Virus record (IMG/VR): IMGVR_UViG_3300031413_000569
Length of the DNA: 64,000 bases
Origin: a virus
Direction: 5' to 3' (one strand)
Shown: in pieces, positions 1 through 9,171 of the stretch
Layout: each line of letters starts with the position of its first letter
How positions within the stretch are numbered: position 1 is the stretch's first letter
Notes under the pieces: model-generated
Told to the model about the DNA's origin: nothing
The model's database searches: none
What the model saw: the letters and a program-made list of their open reading frames with translations, nothing else
Translations under genes and position numbers: made by a program

Positions 1-2
1 AG

Positions 3-194
3 CGTCTTCGTACAGTGATGAACATGGTTCTTGACTATAAAGAACGCACTGTGATTGAACTCAAGTTCTTTGGTGGTTACAAAGATTACGAAATCTTGAA
101 AAAGATGAACCTCACACAGCATCAGCTCAATCAGATTGAGAAGAAAGCTTACGAGAAGCTGGCTCACAATCTGACTGATGAAGATTTCAACTAA
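3..194 (+). CDS. Sigma70-family sigma factor, C-terminal region 4 (5' truncated by window edge; not in ORF track)
   Basis: Frame 3 reads RLRTVMNMVLDYKERTVIELKFFGGYKDYEILKKMNLTQHQLNQIEKKAYEKLAHNLTDEDFN*, matching the region-4 pattern ER.VI.L.F....EI...M......QIE.KA..KL. Confidence 0.75.
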   Translation, partial: RLRTVMNMVLDYKERTVIELKFFGGYKDYEILKKMNLTQHQLNQIEKKAYEKLAHNLTDEDFN

Positions 195-1945
195 ATAGAA
201 TCAGCCAGCTCGGAAAGATACTGGAGAATGTATTCTTTCCATTCGTCTGAGTCTTTCTTGAAGTCTTCTGACCTCATTACATTCAGTTCAGCGAGGATGT
301 TCAATGCCTCTCCAAGCTGTTTGATGACTTCACTGATGTTGTCGTTGTTCTCTACTAAATCAGTAGTAGCATTTACAGAGTAGCAAGTCTCAGACTCTTC
401 ACCCATATCTTCCTCTTCTGCCACTTCCTCCTTGTAAGCAATGAACAGTGAATCTACAAAGTTTCTAATGAGAGGCTGTTTCTCGAATGCAATCATCATT
501 GACTCGTAACCCCATTTTTCTTCAATAATGGTGTGACCGAATCGATGCATCAAAGCACCAAATGGGCTGTAAACTTTGCCTTCAGTGTCTTCACCTTCAG
601 CTGATAAGTTCAAGAACTCATTGAAAACAAGGGGTTGAGTCAAAGTGATTCTTTTGAGGCCTTCTGTCAAAATCCACATGTCGGGTTCGTCATCATCGGA
701 CAAGTCGTGAACCATCATGGCCATAGCTAACATGTTGACTTCTCCGGGGGCGTCATCGCCTAAGACCTTAGCGAACATCTGAATTCTTTGAGCAATGAGC
801 AGGGCCAGAATAATTGCATATTCTCCTTTGCTCACATAATCTTCTTCAGTGACGTTAGAGTCATTCCAGTTACGGCTGTACAGCAAGTCAACATTGATTA
901 TGTTACTAAGCTTGAAAAGACCTCCAAGTAGAGGAATTGTGTTGGAATCTCTTGTCAAGTAATCAACACGTTCTTGGTGGCTTGACTCCTCTGTAATAGT
1001 CAAAGCCTGAGGATTCTCTTCATAATATTTATCCAGGACACCTTTGAAAAGCACATGCAAATCCATTCCTGCTTCTGCAATCAGATGCTGGAAACTGTTG
1101 ATGTCATCCACTTCGTTTTCGTCAACAATTTGAGTGACTAAAGAGTTTGGTGAGGTCTCCCTGTAAAGAGTAAGTAAGTACTCAAAAACAAGAAGAGCGT
1201 TTCTTTCGTCTGTGTTCAAAGGAGTGTTTTCCGCAATGGTCTTGGTCGCGGCATCCAGCTCTTCAGCATGCTCGTAAAGACTGATAAGAGCATCTTCATC
1301 CCCATTGATGAGAGAAATGATAATGTCGATTAGCTCTGCTCGGATTTCAGAAAGCTCTTCTTTGTGAACTGAAATTGACACTTTCGAAGCAAGATTTGTG
1401 AGCTGGTCAGAATCAACCTCCTGGAAGAAATCAATGTGGGAATGATTCAGTACCTGATTGAACTCAGTATTTTGTTCAGGGTCCTGGTCTTCAGGGAAGA
1501 ATAGTCGCAAAGTAACATCTTCGGAGAACAAAGCCGAAATTTGTTCAAGCGAGTTTTGTGCTTCGTATCCTTCCATTTCGGATTCAGTAAGGATAGAGAC
1601 AGCCGGTGCTTTCAATACAGAGTTGTACATCCGACCAACTTGAAGGTACTGACGAGGTACGTTGATTCGGTACACTTCGTCTAACAAATCAGAACCAAAC
1701 GTAACTGTGACCAAAGTTGAGTTGAAAGTCTCCAAGGAGAAAATCTCTAAGTCAAGTTTAGCTGGTCGTTCTTCCGCTTCGCTTGCTTCGAACTCAAGCA
1801 ATACAGCATCTTCTTCATAGAGAGGAGTGTTGTCAGGCAGAATCAGAAGCGGACACGGAAGAGTAATTCCTGTGGGTAGTAGCACTGAAGCTAAGTGAGC
1901 CCCAACGATTTCTAAGTTCACAGGTTGTGTCACGGTGGTCACCAT
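191..1945 (-). CDS. Large acidic hypothetical protein (584 aa)
   Basis: Long ORF; its stop overlaps the sigma stop; no motif recognised. Confidence 0.8.
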   Translation of the reverse strand: MVTTVTQPVNLEIVGAHLASVLLPTGITLPCPLLILPDNTPLYEEDAVLLEFEASEAEERPAKLDLEIFSLETFNSTLVTVTFGSDLLDEVYRINVPRQYLQVGRMYNSVLKAPAVSILTESEMEGYEAQNSLEQISALFSEDVTLRLFFPEDQDPEQNTEFNQVLNHSHIDFFQEVDSDQLTNLASKVSISVHKEELSEIRAELIDIIISLINGDEDALISLYEHAEELDAATKTIAENTPLNTDERNALLVFEYLLTLYRETSPNSLVTQIVDENEVDDINSFQHLIAEAGMDLHVLFKGVLDKYYEENPQALTITEESSHQERVDYLTRDSNTIPLLGGLFKLSNIINVDLLYSRNWNDSNVTEEDYVSKGEYAIILALLIAQRIQMFAKVLGDDAPGEVNMLAMAMMVHDLSDDDEPDMWILTEGLKRITLTQPLVFNEFLNLSAEGEDTEGKVYSPFGALMHRFGHTIIEEKWGYESMMIAFEKQPLIRNFVDSLFIAYKEEVAEEEDMGEESETCYSVNATTDLVENNDNISEVIKQLGEALNILAELNVMRSEDFKKDSDEWKEYILQYLSELADSI

Positions 1946-2009
1946 TCTTTCTTTAAGTGCAACTTCTAAAGTATAACATAGTTTGAAATTGCATTAGACC
2001 GAACGGAGT

Positions 2010-2378
2010 TTAGATACGGTCTTCAGAGTTTTTCTCAATGAATGGTTCTTTGACATCATCATCAGCGAACTGAGATTCCAATGTCAATTCATTATCAGTA
2101 TCCTGGTTTTCAAAGCTGAAAGCTGAACGAGTTTCTTTCATAGTAGCTTTAGTGATACCAGACTTATTGTAAATGATACGCTCTTTACGTTCGTCATCAG
2201 CTCGGAACTGTTTCTGAATTTGTTCAGCCAAGGAAGCTTCTCTGGGCAGTTCAGCTGCATCGGTGGCATCTTGTTTTGTCTGCCTTGAGTTCAGTAGCAG
2301 TAACGCGGCAAGAGCTAAACTTCCGATTCCGAAGATAGCGATAATGCCGTATAAAATGTATGGACCTATGGTAATCAT
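2010..2378 (-). CDS. Single-pass membrane protein
   Basis: N-terminal hydrophobic helix, acidic tail, coupled to upstream ORF. Confidence 0.7.
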   Translation of the reverse strand: MITIGPYILYGIIAIFGIGSLALAALLLLNSRQTKQDATDAAELPREASLAEQIQKQFRADDERKERIIYNKSGITKATMKETRSAFSFENQDTDNELTLESQFADDDVKEPFIEKNSEDRI

Positions 2379-2379
2379 A

Positions 2380-3009
2380 TTAGTTTAGCTTCCCTCCGAT
2401 GCCACCGCGTTGCTCATCATAATAAACAGTATCGGCTTCTGGCTCATTTGTGTCTTCTAAAGTACCCTCAGTGGATTGAGAGTATTCATCTTTTTCTTCA
2501 GCTTCAGCAATGTCTCTGGGGTCAGGAAAACCGTTTTTAGCCCATTCAATTTCCTGAGGGGAACGACGAGCTACAGCTAAGCATGTCAGAGCCAAACTGA
2601 TAAGAATTGCACCACCCACACCATAAGGGATGTAACTTCCTAAAGGAATGAAAACTACAGCATAAACACCCAACCAGATGAGAATTCTACGGATTCTTTG
2701 ACGGAAAGATAATCTTTCTCTCATGCTGAAAATGTTCCATTCACCTACTTTAGTTCGGTAAATGACACCCAATCCAATGAGGAAAAGGATGATTCCTGCA
2801 GGGGCCCCAATCAAAGCTGGAATCCAGCTGTTGAGAATCGCCAATGAATAAAGAACAGAAGATGCAGCAATAAGCACACCAGCGACGATGATACCCAAAA
2901 TAGTTAGGTTCTTCGCTTTTGATGGCGTAAAGCCATCCACCCTGTTTCGGTAGTTGACAAACAATTCATCAAACGGAATTGGTTCTGCTTCTTTTTTCTG
3001 CTTAGCCAT
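2380..3009 (-). CDS. Integral membrane protein (about 4 TM)
   Basis: Two hydrophobic hairpins separated by a basic loop. Confidence 0.75.
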   Translation of the reverse strand: MAKQKKEAEPIPFDELFVNYRNRVDGFTPSKAKNLTILGIIVAGVLIAASSVLYSLAILNSWIPALIGAPAGIILFLIGLGVIYRTKVGEWNIFSMRERLSFRQRIRRILIWLGVYAVVFIPLGSYIPYGVGGAILISLALTCLAVARRSPQEIEWAKNGFPDPRDIAEAEEKDEYSQSTEGTLEDTNEPEADTVYYDEQRGGIGGKLN

Positions 3010-3043
3010 ACAATTCTTCTCAAGTAACGGTTGATAGGTAGAC

Positions 3044-3049
3044 TATCGG
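3044..3049 (-). promoter_or_regulatory. CCGATA element (sigma28-like -10)
   Basis: GCCGATAG about 35 nt before start 3009. Confidence 0.55.
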
Positions 3050-3110
3050 CAAATAGGTTGCACCAGCGAAAAGGAAGCAAATACTAAAAACCCGTTATAC
3101 TTGAATAACG

Positions 3111-5399
3111 ATGAAATACGCTATCCAAGCTAACCCTGACCAGCACAATATCACAGTCTCTGGTAGCCCTCTGAACGCTTTTAGTGAGGTGCCTGGCAGT
3201 GTCCTCACTGATGACACTGCTATTCTTCCGTTCACCAAAGACACTGCTGATTTGTTGTACAAGTTCCTTCGTGGCGAGCAGTTTGAAATGTCATTGAAAA
3301 CTAAAACCATGCTCCGTCTTCTAAAGGATGAATCTTTCAAGCAGCACACTAACTGGCGTTGGACTTTGGACTTACCTGAGCTTCGTGAAACAGATTACGA
3401 TAGTCGTTCTAAAACTCTGCTTACCCACTGGAACTTGATTCACTACATGCCTTTACGCTATGTAGACAAGTCCAACCCGCAAAATATTACAGACCTTGAG
3501 CTTGACACATGGTGCGTAGTTATTGGTGAAATCAAAAGCATTCGCTATGTAGCCAGAGCTGACGCTACTATTGTGGAAATCAAAGACATTACAGGAGCAA
3601 CTCTTACCTCATGGTTCTTCCGTCAAAGATGGTTAGTGAGCAAATTCCATGAAAATGACACAGTAGTCCTTTCAGGGACTTATGTGCAGAAATTCAACAC
3701 CTACCATAACAAGATGGAGGAGCTTATTACCAACGCAACCATTGACGCTGTTGGTGACTACGAAAGCTCTCACAAGGTAGTACCTATTTACTCCGAAAAA
3801 GTTGGTAAGAAGAAAGGTGCAATTTCAAAAGCTGTCGAAAAAATGTTGGACAGCGTTGGATGGATTGAAGACCCAGTACCTGATGTCATTTTGAACAAAT
3901 ATGATTTGATGACCCGTAACGAAGCTTACCGTAAGATTCACTTCCCTGATTCATTACAGGAAGCCATCGACGCTCGACGCCGAATCGCTTTTGATGACTT
4001 TGTTCGTTTGCAGGTGTTCTTAGCTGCTAAGAAAGAAAGTCAGCAAGAACTCCGTAAAGGAAACGAGATGACTGATACCGAATGGACTGAGCAATTCATC
4101 AGTTCTCTTCCATTTACATTGACAGGTGCTCAAGACCGTGTAATTGGTGAAATTACAGCCGACATGTCTTCTAATAAGCCAATGCGACGGTTGCTTCACG
4201 GAGAAGTAGGTTCAGGTAAATCTGAAGTGTCTCTTGCTGCTGCTTTGGCAGCTGTGAAAAGCGGTAAACAGGTTGCTCTTCTTGCTCCTACCGGCATTTT
4301 GGCAGCTCAGCTACAAGAACGTTTCATCAACGACCTTACCCGAGCCAAGCTTGAAGAGTCTGTGAAAGTAGGGTTACTTCACACCGGATTGAAAGTTGGT
4401 CAGCGTAGAACTACTTTAGCTGACACTGAATCAGGAGATGTGGATATCCTCATCGGTACCCATTCTATTCTGAGTAAAGATGTAGTGTTTAAGGACTTAG
4501 GATTGATTGTCATTGACGAGCAGCATAAGTTTGGAACGAAGCATCGTCAGGCTTTACAGGATAATTTCATTATCAAATCAGAAGTTGTTCCTGACTTGCT
4601 GATGATGAGTGCAACACCCATTCCTCGAACCATGTCTCAGACTATCTACGGTGATATGGACTTGAGCGTTATCGATGAGCTTCCTGCTGCCCGTAAACCT
4701 GTAGTTACCTACTGGGACGAAGATGACTCTAATGCTTGGGAATCAATCCGTGAACAGGTGGCCGCTGGTCATCAAGCTTACGTTATTGCCTCTCTGGTTG
4801 ATGAGTCCGAATCTGAAAAAATGGAAAACGTTGAAAACGCAACTCAAACACATGCTTTTTTGCAGACTTCTATTTTCCCTGAATATCAAGTAGGTTTGGT
4901 TCACGGAAAGATGAAGCAGAATGAAAAGAACGAAGTGCTGGAGGGGTTCTACGCCAACGAAACTCAAATTCTTGTTTCAACAAGTGTCATCGAAGTGGGA
5001 GTGAACGTTCCAAATGCCACTGTGATGACTATTTTGAATGCTAACCGATTCGGTATTGCTTCTCTGCATCAGATTCGAGGTCGAGTTGGACGTGGTGGAG
5101 CTCAGGCTTATTGTTTCCTGATTGGTGATGCAACTAACCCTGATGCTGAAGAACGACTGAATGCTATGGTCGCTTCCAATGATGGTTTCTGGTTAGCTGA
5201 GAAAGACCTTGAGATTAGAGGTGAGGGTTCGCTTATGAAAGATACACAGCATGGTCAGAACGACATGATTGTAGCGAATCTTCGTGAGCATAGGAAAACA
5301 TTAGAAATTGCTCGTAGAGTCGCAAAGTCTGCCGCTAAGAGTGAGAAAATGCAGAGCGAAGTAGGCTTTTTGTTTGGGGATGGTTCAATCAGTTCATAA
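3111..5399 (+). CDS. recG: ATP-dependent DNA helicase RecG with N-terminal extension
   Basis: P.RY.D motif, OB wedge domain, LLHGEVGSGKS, LAPTGILAAQ, DEQHKFG, MSATPIPRT, HQIRGRVGRG, DGFWLAEKDLEIRGEG. Confidence 0.93.
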   Translation: MKYAIQANPDQHNITVSGSPLNAFSEVPGSVLTDDTAILPFTKDTADLLYKFLRGEQFEMSLKTKTMLRLLKDESFKQHTNWRWTLDLPELRETDYDSRSKTLLTHWNLIHYMPLRYVDKSNPQNITDLELDTWCVVIGEIKSIRYVARADATIVEIKDITGATLTSWFFRQRWLVSKFHENDTVVLSGTYVQKFNTYHNKMEELITNATIDAVGDYESSHKVVPIYSEKVGKKKGAISKAVEKMLDSVGWIEDPVPDVILNKYDLMTRNEAYRKIHFPDSLQEAIDARRRIAFDDFVRLQVFLAAKKESQQELRKGNEMTDTEWTEQFISSLPFTLTGAQDRVIGEITADMSSNKPMRRLLHGEVGSGKSEVSLAAALAAVKSGKQVALLAPTGILAAQLQERFINDLTRAKLEESVKVGLLHTGLKVGQRRTTLADTESGDVDILIGTHSILSKDVVFKDLGLIVIDEQHKFGTKHRQALQDNFIIKSEVVPDLLMMSATPIPRTMSQTIYGDMDLSVIDELPAARKPVVTYWDEDDSNAWESIREQVAAGHQAYVIASLVDESESEKMENVENATQTHAFLQTSIFPEYQVGLVHGKMKQNEKNEVLEGFYANETQILVSTSVIEVGVNVPNATVMTILNANRFGIASLHQIRGRVGRGGAQAYCFLIGDATNPDAEERLNAMVASNDGFWLAEKDLEIRGEGSLMKDTQHGQNDMIVANLREHRKTLEIARRVAKSAAKSEKMQSEVGFLFGDGSISS

Positions 5400-5420
5400 A
5401 CCTGATAGGTATATCAGACT

Positions 5421-5717
5421 ATGAACGAACCATTCCCACCTTACGGGCAGAATGAATTCCCTCCAATGGGCGAATTCCACCCTACCTATGTCCACGCTCC
5501 GCAACCTGATCTAGCGAGCCAACGTCCAACACAGTACAACATCGTCATCAAAAGAAACGATGCACTTTACCGAACTTTGAGTATCCTCAATTCTGTACTA
5601 TCCGTCATTGGCGTATTAGTAATTGTGGCTACATTCGTCACCGTATGCTATGGCGTAATGATGATTAGTGAAGTATTCGATACTGTAACTATCATCCAGA
5701 ATCAGCAAGTTCCTTGA
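5421..5717 (+). CDS. Small membrane protein, Pro-rich N-terminus
   Basis: One long hydrophobic segment; follows recG. Confidence 0.6.
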   Translation: MNEPFPPYGQNEFPPMGEFHPTYVHAPQPDLASQRPTQYNIVIKRNDALYRTLSILNSVLSVIGVLVIVATFVTVCYGVMMISEVFDTVTIIQNQQVP

Positions 5718-5719
5718 CT

Positions 5720-6544
5720 TTAGCTGTTACCTTGAGTGCGGTATCTCTGCTCGTTCTCCTGGTAGATGGCATCTCTTCTGTTAACACCGGTCAACAAGAT
5801 AGCTCCATCATCTCCTACAAGGGTGCGTAAACGGTCAAATGCTCGACCACCCATCCATTCACCTAAGCTATCTTTTCCTGTCTCAGCGAACCGCAGGTTA
5901 GTTGTAAGGACCAATGTCAGACGACGAGTGTACACGTGGTCAACCAGAGCGTACCAAACTTCTTCGCGGTGTTCTTTCTTGAAGAAGTAAGCTTGCCCTA
6001 CATCGTCAATGAAGAAGACTTTATTACTTGCCCGTGTCAAAGTAGGCATCTCTAAGCGACGCTCAAATCCAGAGTTAGCAATAGGTGACAAAGTGAATGA
6101 CTCTGTACCGTAGTAAACTTGTCCAGGTAAAACAATACCCATTTGAACAAGAGAGTTCAGGTAAGAGTAAGCGGCCCAGGTTTTACCTCTACCGAATTTG
6201 TCTCCGTGGAACAGAATAGAAGTTTTGTGAAGACCTTGCTTGGTACGCATTCTTTCAACGCGTTCTAAAACCTGAGGAATTTCAGCATGAGCTTTTGCGA
6301 AGGTTGCACCAACTTGGTCGGCCCAGTCCTTTGAATTTTTGATGTTCTTTTCAGTCTTCAACGCACCCAAGACACTCAAGTCTTTTTTGTTGGAAGCAGC
6401 CAGACGCTGAAGATACTCCTGAGGAGATACGTTCTTCTTCTGGTTAGTCTCTTCTCGCTTTGCTTCAGACATGCGGCGACGACGCTGAGCAGCTTCTAAG
6501 AGAGTCCTGCGTTCTTCTGGGGTGAGTCCTGTTTCGTCATTCAT
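5720..6544 (-). CDS. DnaC/IstB-like AAA+ ATPase (helicase-loader type)
   Basis: Walker A GRGKT, Walker B FFIDDVG, LVLTTN, and G.RAFDRL signature. Confidence 0.75.
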   Translation of the reverse strand: MNDETGLTPEERRTLLEAAQRRRRMSEAKREETNQKKNVSPQEYLQRLAASNKKDLSVLGALKTEKNIKNSKDWADQVGATFAKAHAEIPQVLERVERMRTKQGLHKTSILFHGDKFGRGKTWAAYSYLNSLVQMGIVLPGQVYYGTESFTLSPIANSGFERRLEMPTLTRASNKVFFIDDVGQAYFFKKEHREEVWYALVDHVYTRRLTLVLTTNLRFAETGKDSLGEWMGGRAFDRLRTLVGDDGAILLTGVNRRDAIYQENEQRYRTQGNS

Positions 6545-6569
6545 ACTTACACTATCGTATCATAGAAAC

Positions 6570-6611
6570 AAAAAATGGAAGGTCTCATTCACACGAGACC
6601 TTCCATTTTTT
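6570..6611. terminator. Intrinsic terminator
   Basis: aaaaaatggaaggtctc-8nt-gagaccttccatttttt after pncB. Confidence 0.85.
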
Positions 6612-6612
6612 G

Positions 6613-7890
6613 TTAGTGAATTTTCACTTCCACGTTTTTACCCTTAGGAAGCATGCGAATGTTGTTAGCATGCAGGTCACGGGCTTCTTCAATGGTGGGG
6701 AGTTTGATGGTCGAACCGTTAGCGATGAAAACTTCCTGGACAGCGGTCATGCCACTGATTTCCTGCTCTTCTGGAGCCTGAGTGAAGAGGTGTTCTTCGT
6801 TGATGTTCCAGTCATCATCAGTGTTACGATAAACAGTCTTACGTCCACCCACGCTGGACTTACCTGTTGCCTTCTTTGCTACAGGGTGCAGCTCGCCGTC
6901 ATCGTATTCCATTGCAACCAGCTTGTAGACAAATCCGCAGTTGGGGAAGCCGTCACCAGTAACAACAGCCGAACCAATACCGAAGCCGTCAACAGGAAGT
7001 CCTGCATCAGCAATTTCGGTTACGATGTCGTAGTCCAGGTCTCCTGAGAAGATGATACGGGTTTTTGTTGCACCCAGCTCATCCAGAAGAACACGAGCAG
7101 CAGGAATCTCAACCATAGGGTCACCCGAGTCAAGGCGGATGGCTCCCAGTTCAGTTCCAGCAACTTCAACAGCATTACGGATGCCCTGCTCAATGTCGTA
7201 GGTGTCAACCAAGAGTGTTGTGTCAACGCCCAAAGCTGCTACCTGTGCCTTAAAAGCATCCTTCTCGTACTGGTGGGCAAGGGTGAACGCATGAGCTGAA
7301 GTTCCGAAAACAGGGACTCCGTAACGCTCAGCGGCAAGCATGTTGGAGGTTCCGTTCCAGCCGGCAATTACTGCAGCTCTGGCTGCAGCGACAGCAGCAT
7401 CCTCGTTGACACGACGGGCACCGAGTTCCTGCAGAGGGATATCCTTGGCAGCAACGCGAAGACGTGAAGCCGCAGATGCCACGGCGCAGTCGTAGTTCAT
7501 GATGGAAAGAAGAATTGTCTCGAAGAGAACAGCTTCACCGAAGGTTGCTTCGATTGTCAGCACGGGGGAGTAAGGGAAGAAGAAATCACCTTCGTTGTAT
7601 CCGTAGACAGTTCCAGTGAATCGGAAGTTACGGAGATACTCGATGGTCTGCTCGTTGAGGTGACCTGACAGGAACTTGAGGTCCTGCTCGCTGAAATTGA
7701 AATCATTGATTGCTTCAATTGCTCGTGCGGTTCCTGCCACTACACCGTAGTTACGGCCAGCAGGAAGGCGGCGGTTGAAGAGTTCGAAAACTGCTTTTCG
7801 GTTTGCTACACCGGATTCCAGTGCGCTCTGCAGCATAGTGAACTCGTACTTGTCAGTCTTCAGAGCCGTAGTGCTCATTTTGTCCTTCAT
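6613..7890 (-). CDS. pncB: Nicotinate phosphoribosyltransferase (actinobacterial PncB type; start may be 7878)
   Basis: TDKYEFTM, YGVVAGT, ELGARR, GTSAHAF, LVDTYD, IRLDSGD, FGIGS, VYKLV. Confidence 0.93.
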   Translation of the reverse strand: MKDKMSTTALKTDKYEFTMLQSALESGVANRKAVFELFNRRLPAGRNYGVVAGTARAIEAINDFNFSEQDLKFLSGHLNEQTIEYLRNFRFTGTVYGYNEGDFFFPYSPVLTIEATFGEAVLFETILLSIMNYDCAVASAASRLRVAAKDIPLQELGARRVNEDAAVAAARAAVIAGWNGTSNMLAAERYGVPVFGTSAHAFTLAHQYEKDAFKAQVAALGVDTTLLVDTYDIEQGIRNAVEVAGTELGAIRLDSGDPMVEIPAARVLLDELGATKTRIIFSGDLDYDIVTEIADAGLPVDGFGIGSAVVTGDGFPNCGFVYKLVAMEYDDGELHPVAKKATGKSSVGGRKTVYRNTDDDWNINEEHLFTQAPEEQEISGMTAVQEVFIANGSTIKLPTIEEARDLHANNIRMLPKGKNVEVKIH

Positions 7891-7911
7891 TCTTTTTCGT
7901 CGTTGTGACTA

Positions 7912-7940
7912 ATATTACCACATAGATAGCTATCGGGCAA
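7912..7940 (-). promoter_or_regulatory. Housekeeping-sigma promoter for pncB overlapping a CCGATA element
   Basis: TTGCCC-17nt-TAATAT with TG extension; CCGATA at 7931-7936. Confidence 0.55.
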
Positions 7941-8086
7941 CATAGATTAGAAAACAGTTTTAAAATAAAACTGATCGTAGACGTCCAATCATATCCCACA
8001 AGCCACAGGATGCTATGTAACGATCTTCTAAGCTGTCACCCTCCTCGCACTTCACGCGAAGAGTATGTAGCGTTAGACAGGCATAT

Positions 8087-8120
8087 AAGTAAAGCCCCAC
8101 CAATTGGTGGGGCTTTACTT
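8087..8120. terminator. Intrinsic terminator
   Basis: aagtaaagccccacc-aatt-ggtggggctttactt. Confidence 0.85.
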
Positions 8121-8457
8121 ATTCAACAATCACACGGTTTCCGCTGGAGTCATATACATAATCTCCAGGTTTCAAATCGGTTAGTTTCATTACTGAAACT
8201 GTTTCAACTGGAGCTTCTTCAATAGGAGCTGATTCAGCTGCTTCTTCGAACTCTTCTGCTTCCACTTCTTCTTCTGGGACAGAGAAGATAAGATCAATGA
8301 TCCGGTTAGCAAAAGTTGGATCAGTTTCCAACACAAAGAGCATAGCTCGCATGACAACAGAAGCGTTGATGCTATTCTTCAATGCGAAGAGACGCACAAA
8401 GTTTCTCTGTTCCGCTTCTAAATCTAAAGAGAAGCGAACAATACGACGACCGCTCAT
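8119..8457 (-). CDS. Ribbon-helix-helix-like DNA-binding protein with acidic tail
   Basis: RIVRFSLDL strand followed by two helices (CopG/MetJ-like pattern). Confidence 0.5.
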   Translation of the reverse strand: MSGRRIVRFSLDLEAEQRNFVRLFALKNSINASVVMRAMLFVLETDPTFANRIIDLIFSVPEEEVEAEEFEEAAESAPIEEAPVETVSVMKLTDLKPGDYVYDSSGNRVIVE

Positions 8458-8490
8458 TACTACACACTTTCTAATAAGTTCTGCAGTAGC

Positions 8491-8496
8491 TATCGG
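8491..8496 (-). promoter_or_regulatory. CCGATA element
   Basis: GCCGATAG about 34 nt before start 8457. Confidence 0.55.
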
Positions 8497-8531
8497 CTAA
8501 AAGCTGTCTCAAAAAGACGAAAAACAAAAAG

Positions 8532-8948
8532 TTATGCGGCAATTCTCAAAACAGGAAGACGATTAGCAGTCTTAGTTTCCAAAGCGTGAGCTCGCTGGAA
8601 GCGAAGAGCTTCAGCCTGAGCTTTACGGTTTTCGAGTTCTCTAACATGGTCAGCATTGTCGCAAGTAGCAATCATTGCATCTAAATTACGGAGACCAGTC
8701 TTGGTTCCATCAATATCGCGTTGGTTATGGCGAACTTCTCTACGCAGATCATTTACTTTAATAACAAGCTTTTCTTCTGCTTTGCGAAGACGGGCGAAAC
8801 GAGCGAAATCTTGTGCACCTGCAGCATTTTTAGCTGCAGAGCGATTGGCTTCCAAGTCTTTCTCCGCTCTCGTTAAACGCTTAGTAAGACTCCGTGCAGT
8901 AGCATTAGAGTCTGACCAGCAACGAGGGCCAGGAGATATTTGGCACAT
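8532..8948 (-). CDS. Basic coiled-coil protein with N-terminal Cys motif (MCQISPGPRC)
   Basis: ORF with upstream CCGATA element; helical, Arg/Lys-rich. Confidence 0.7.
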   Translation of the reverse strand: MCQISPGPRCWSDSNATARSLTKRLTRAEKDLEANRSAAKNAAGAQDFARFARLRKAEEKLVIKVNDLRREVRHNQRDIDGTKTGLRNLDAMIATCDNADHVRELENRKAQAEALRFQRAHALETKTANRLPVLRIAA

Positions 8949-9002
8949 TTCTGATTAACCTTCCTTAAAAGACGAGTAGAGCCTGTTTCGTCTTTTTATG
9001 AC

Positions 9003-9008
9003 TATCGG
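9003..9008 (-). promoter_or_regulatory. CCGATA element
   Basis: CCCGATAG about 55 nt before start 8948. Confidence 0.5.
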
Positions 9009-9096
9009 GTGAAGACCAGGAAAAAGACCATTTTGTAAGGTTTCGAACAAAAAAACTCCATTTTCTTCCACTTTGCTCCACATCTGTAGATTAAAC

Positions 9097-9147
9097 CAAT
9101 TCGGGAGAGTAACCCCACTAATTTCTTAGGGCTACTCTCCCGAATTG
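9097..9147. terminator. Intrinsic terminator
   Basis: caattcgggagagta...tactctcccgaattg. Confidence 0.8.
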
Positions 9148-9171
9148 AGAGTGAACTAAATCACTAAATGA

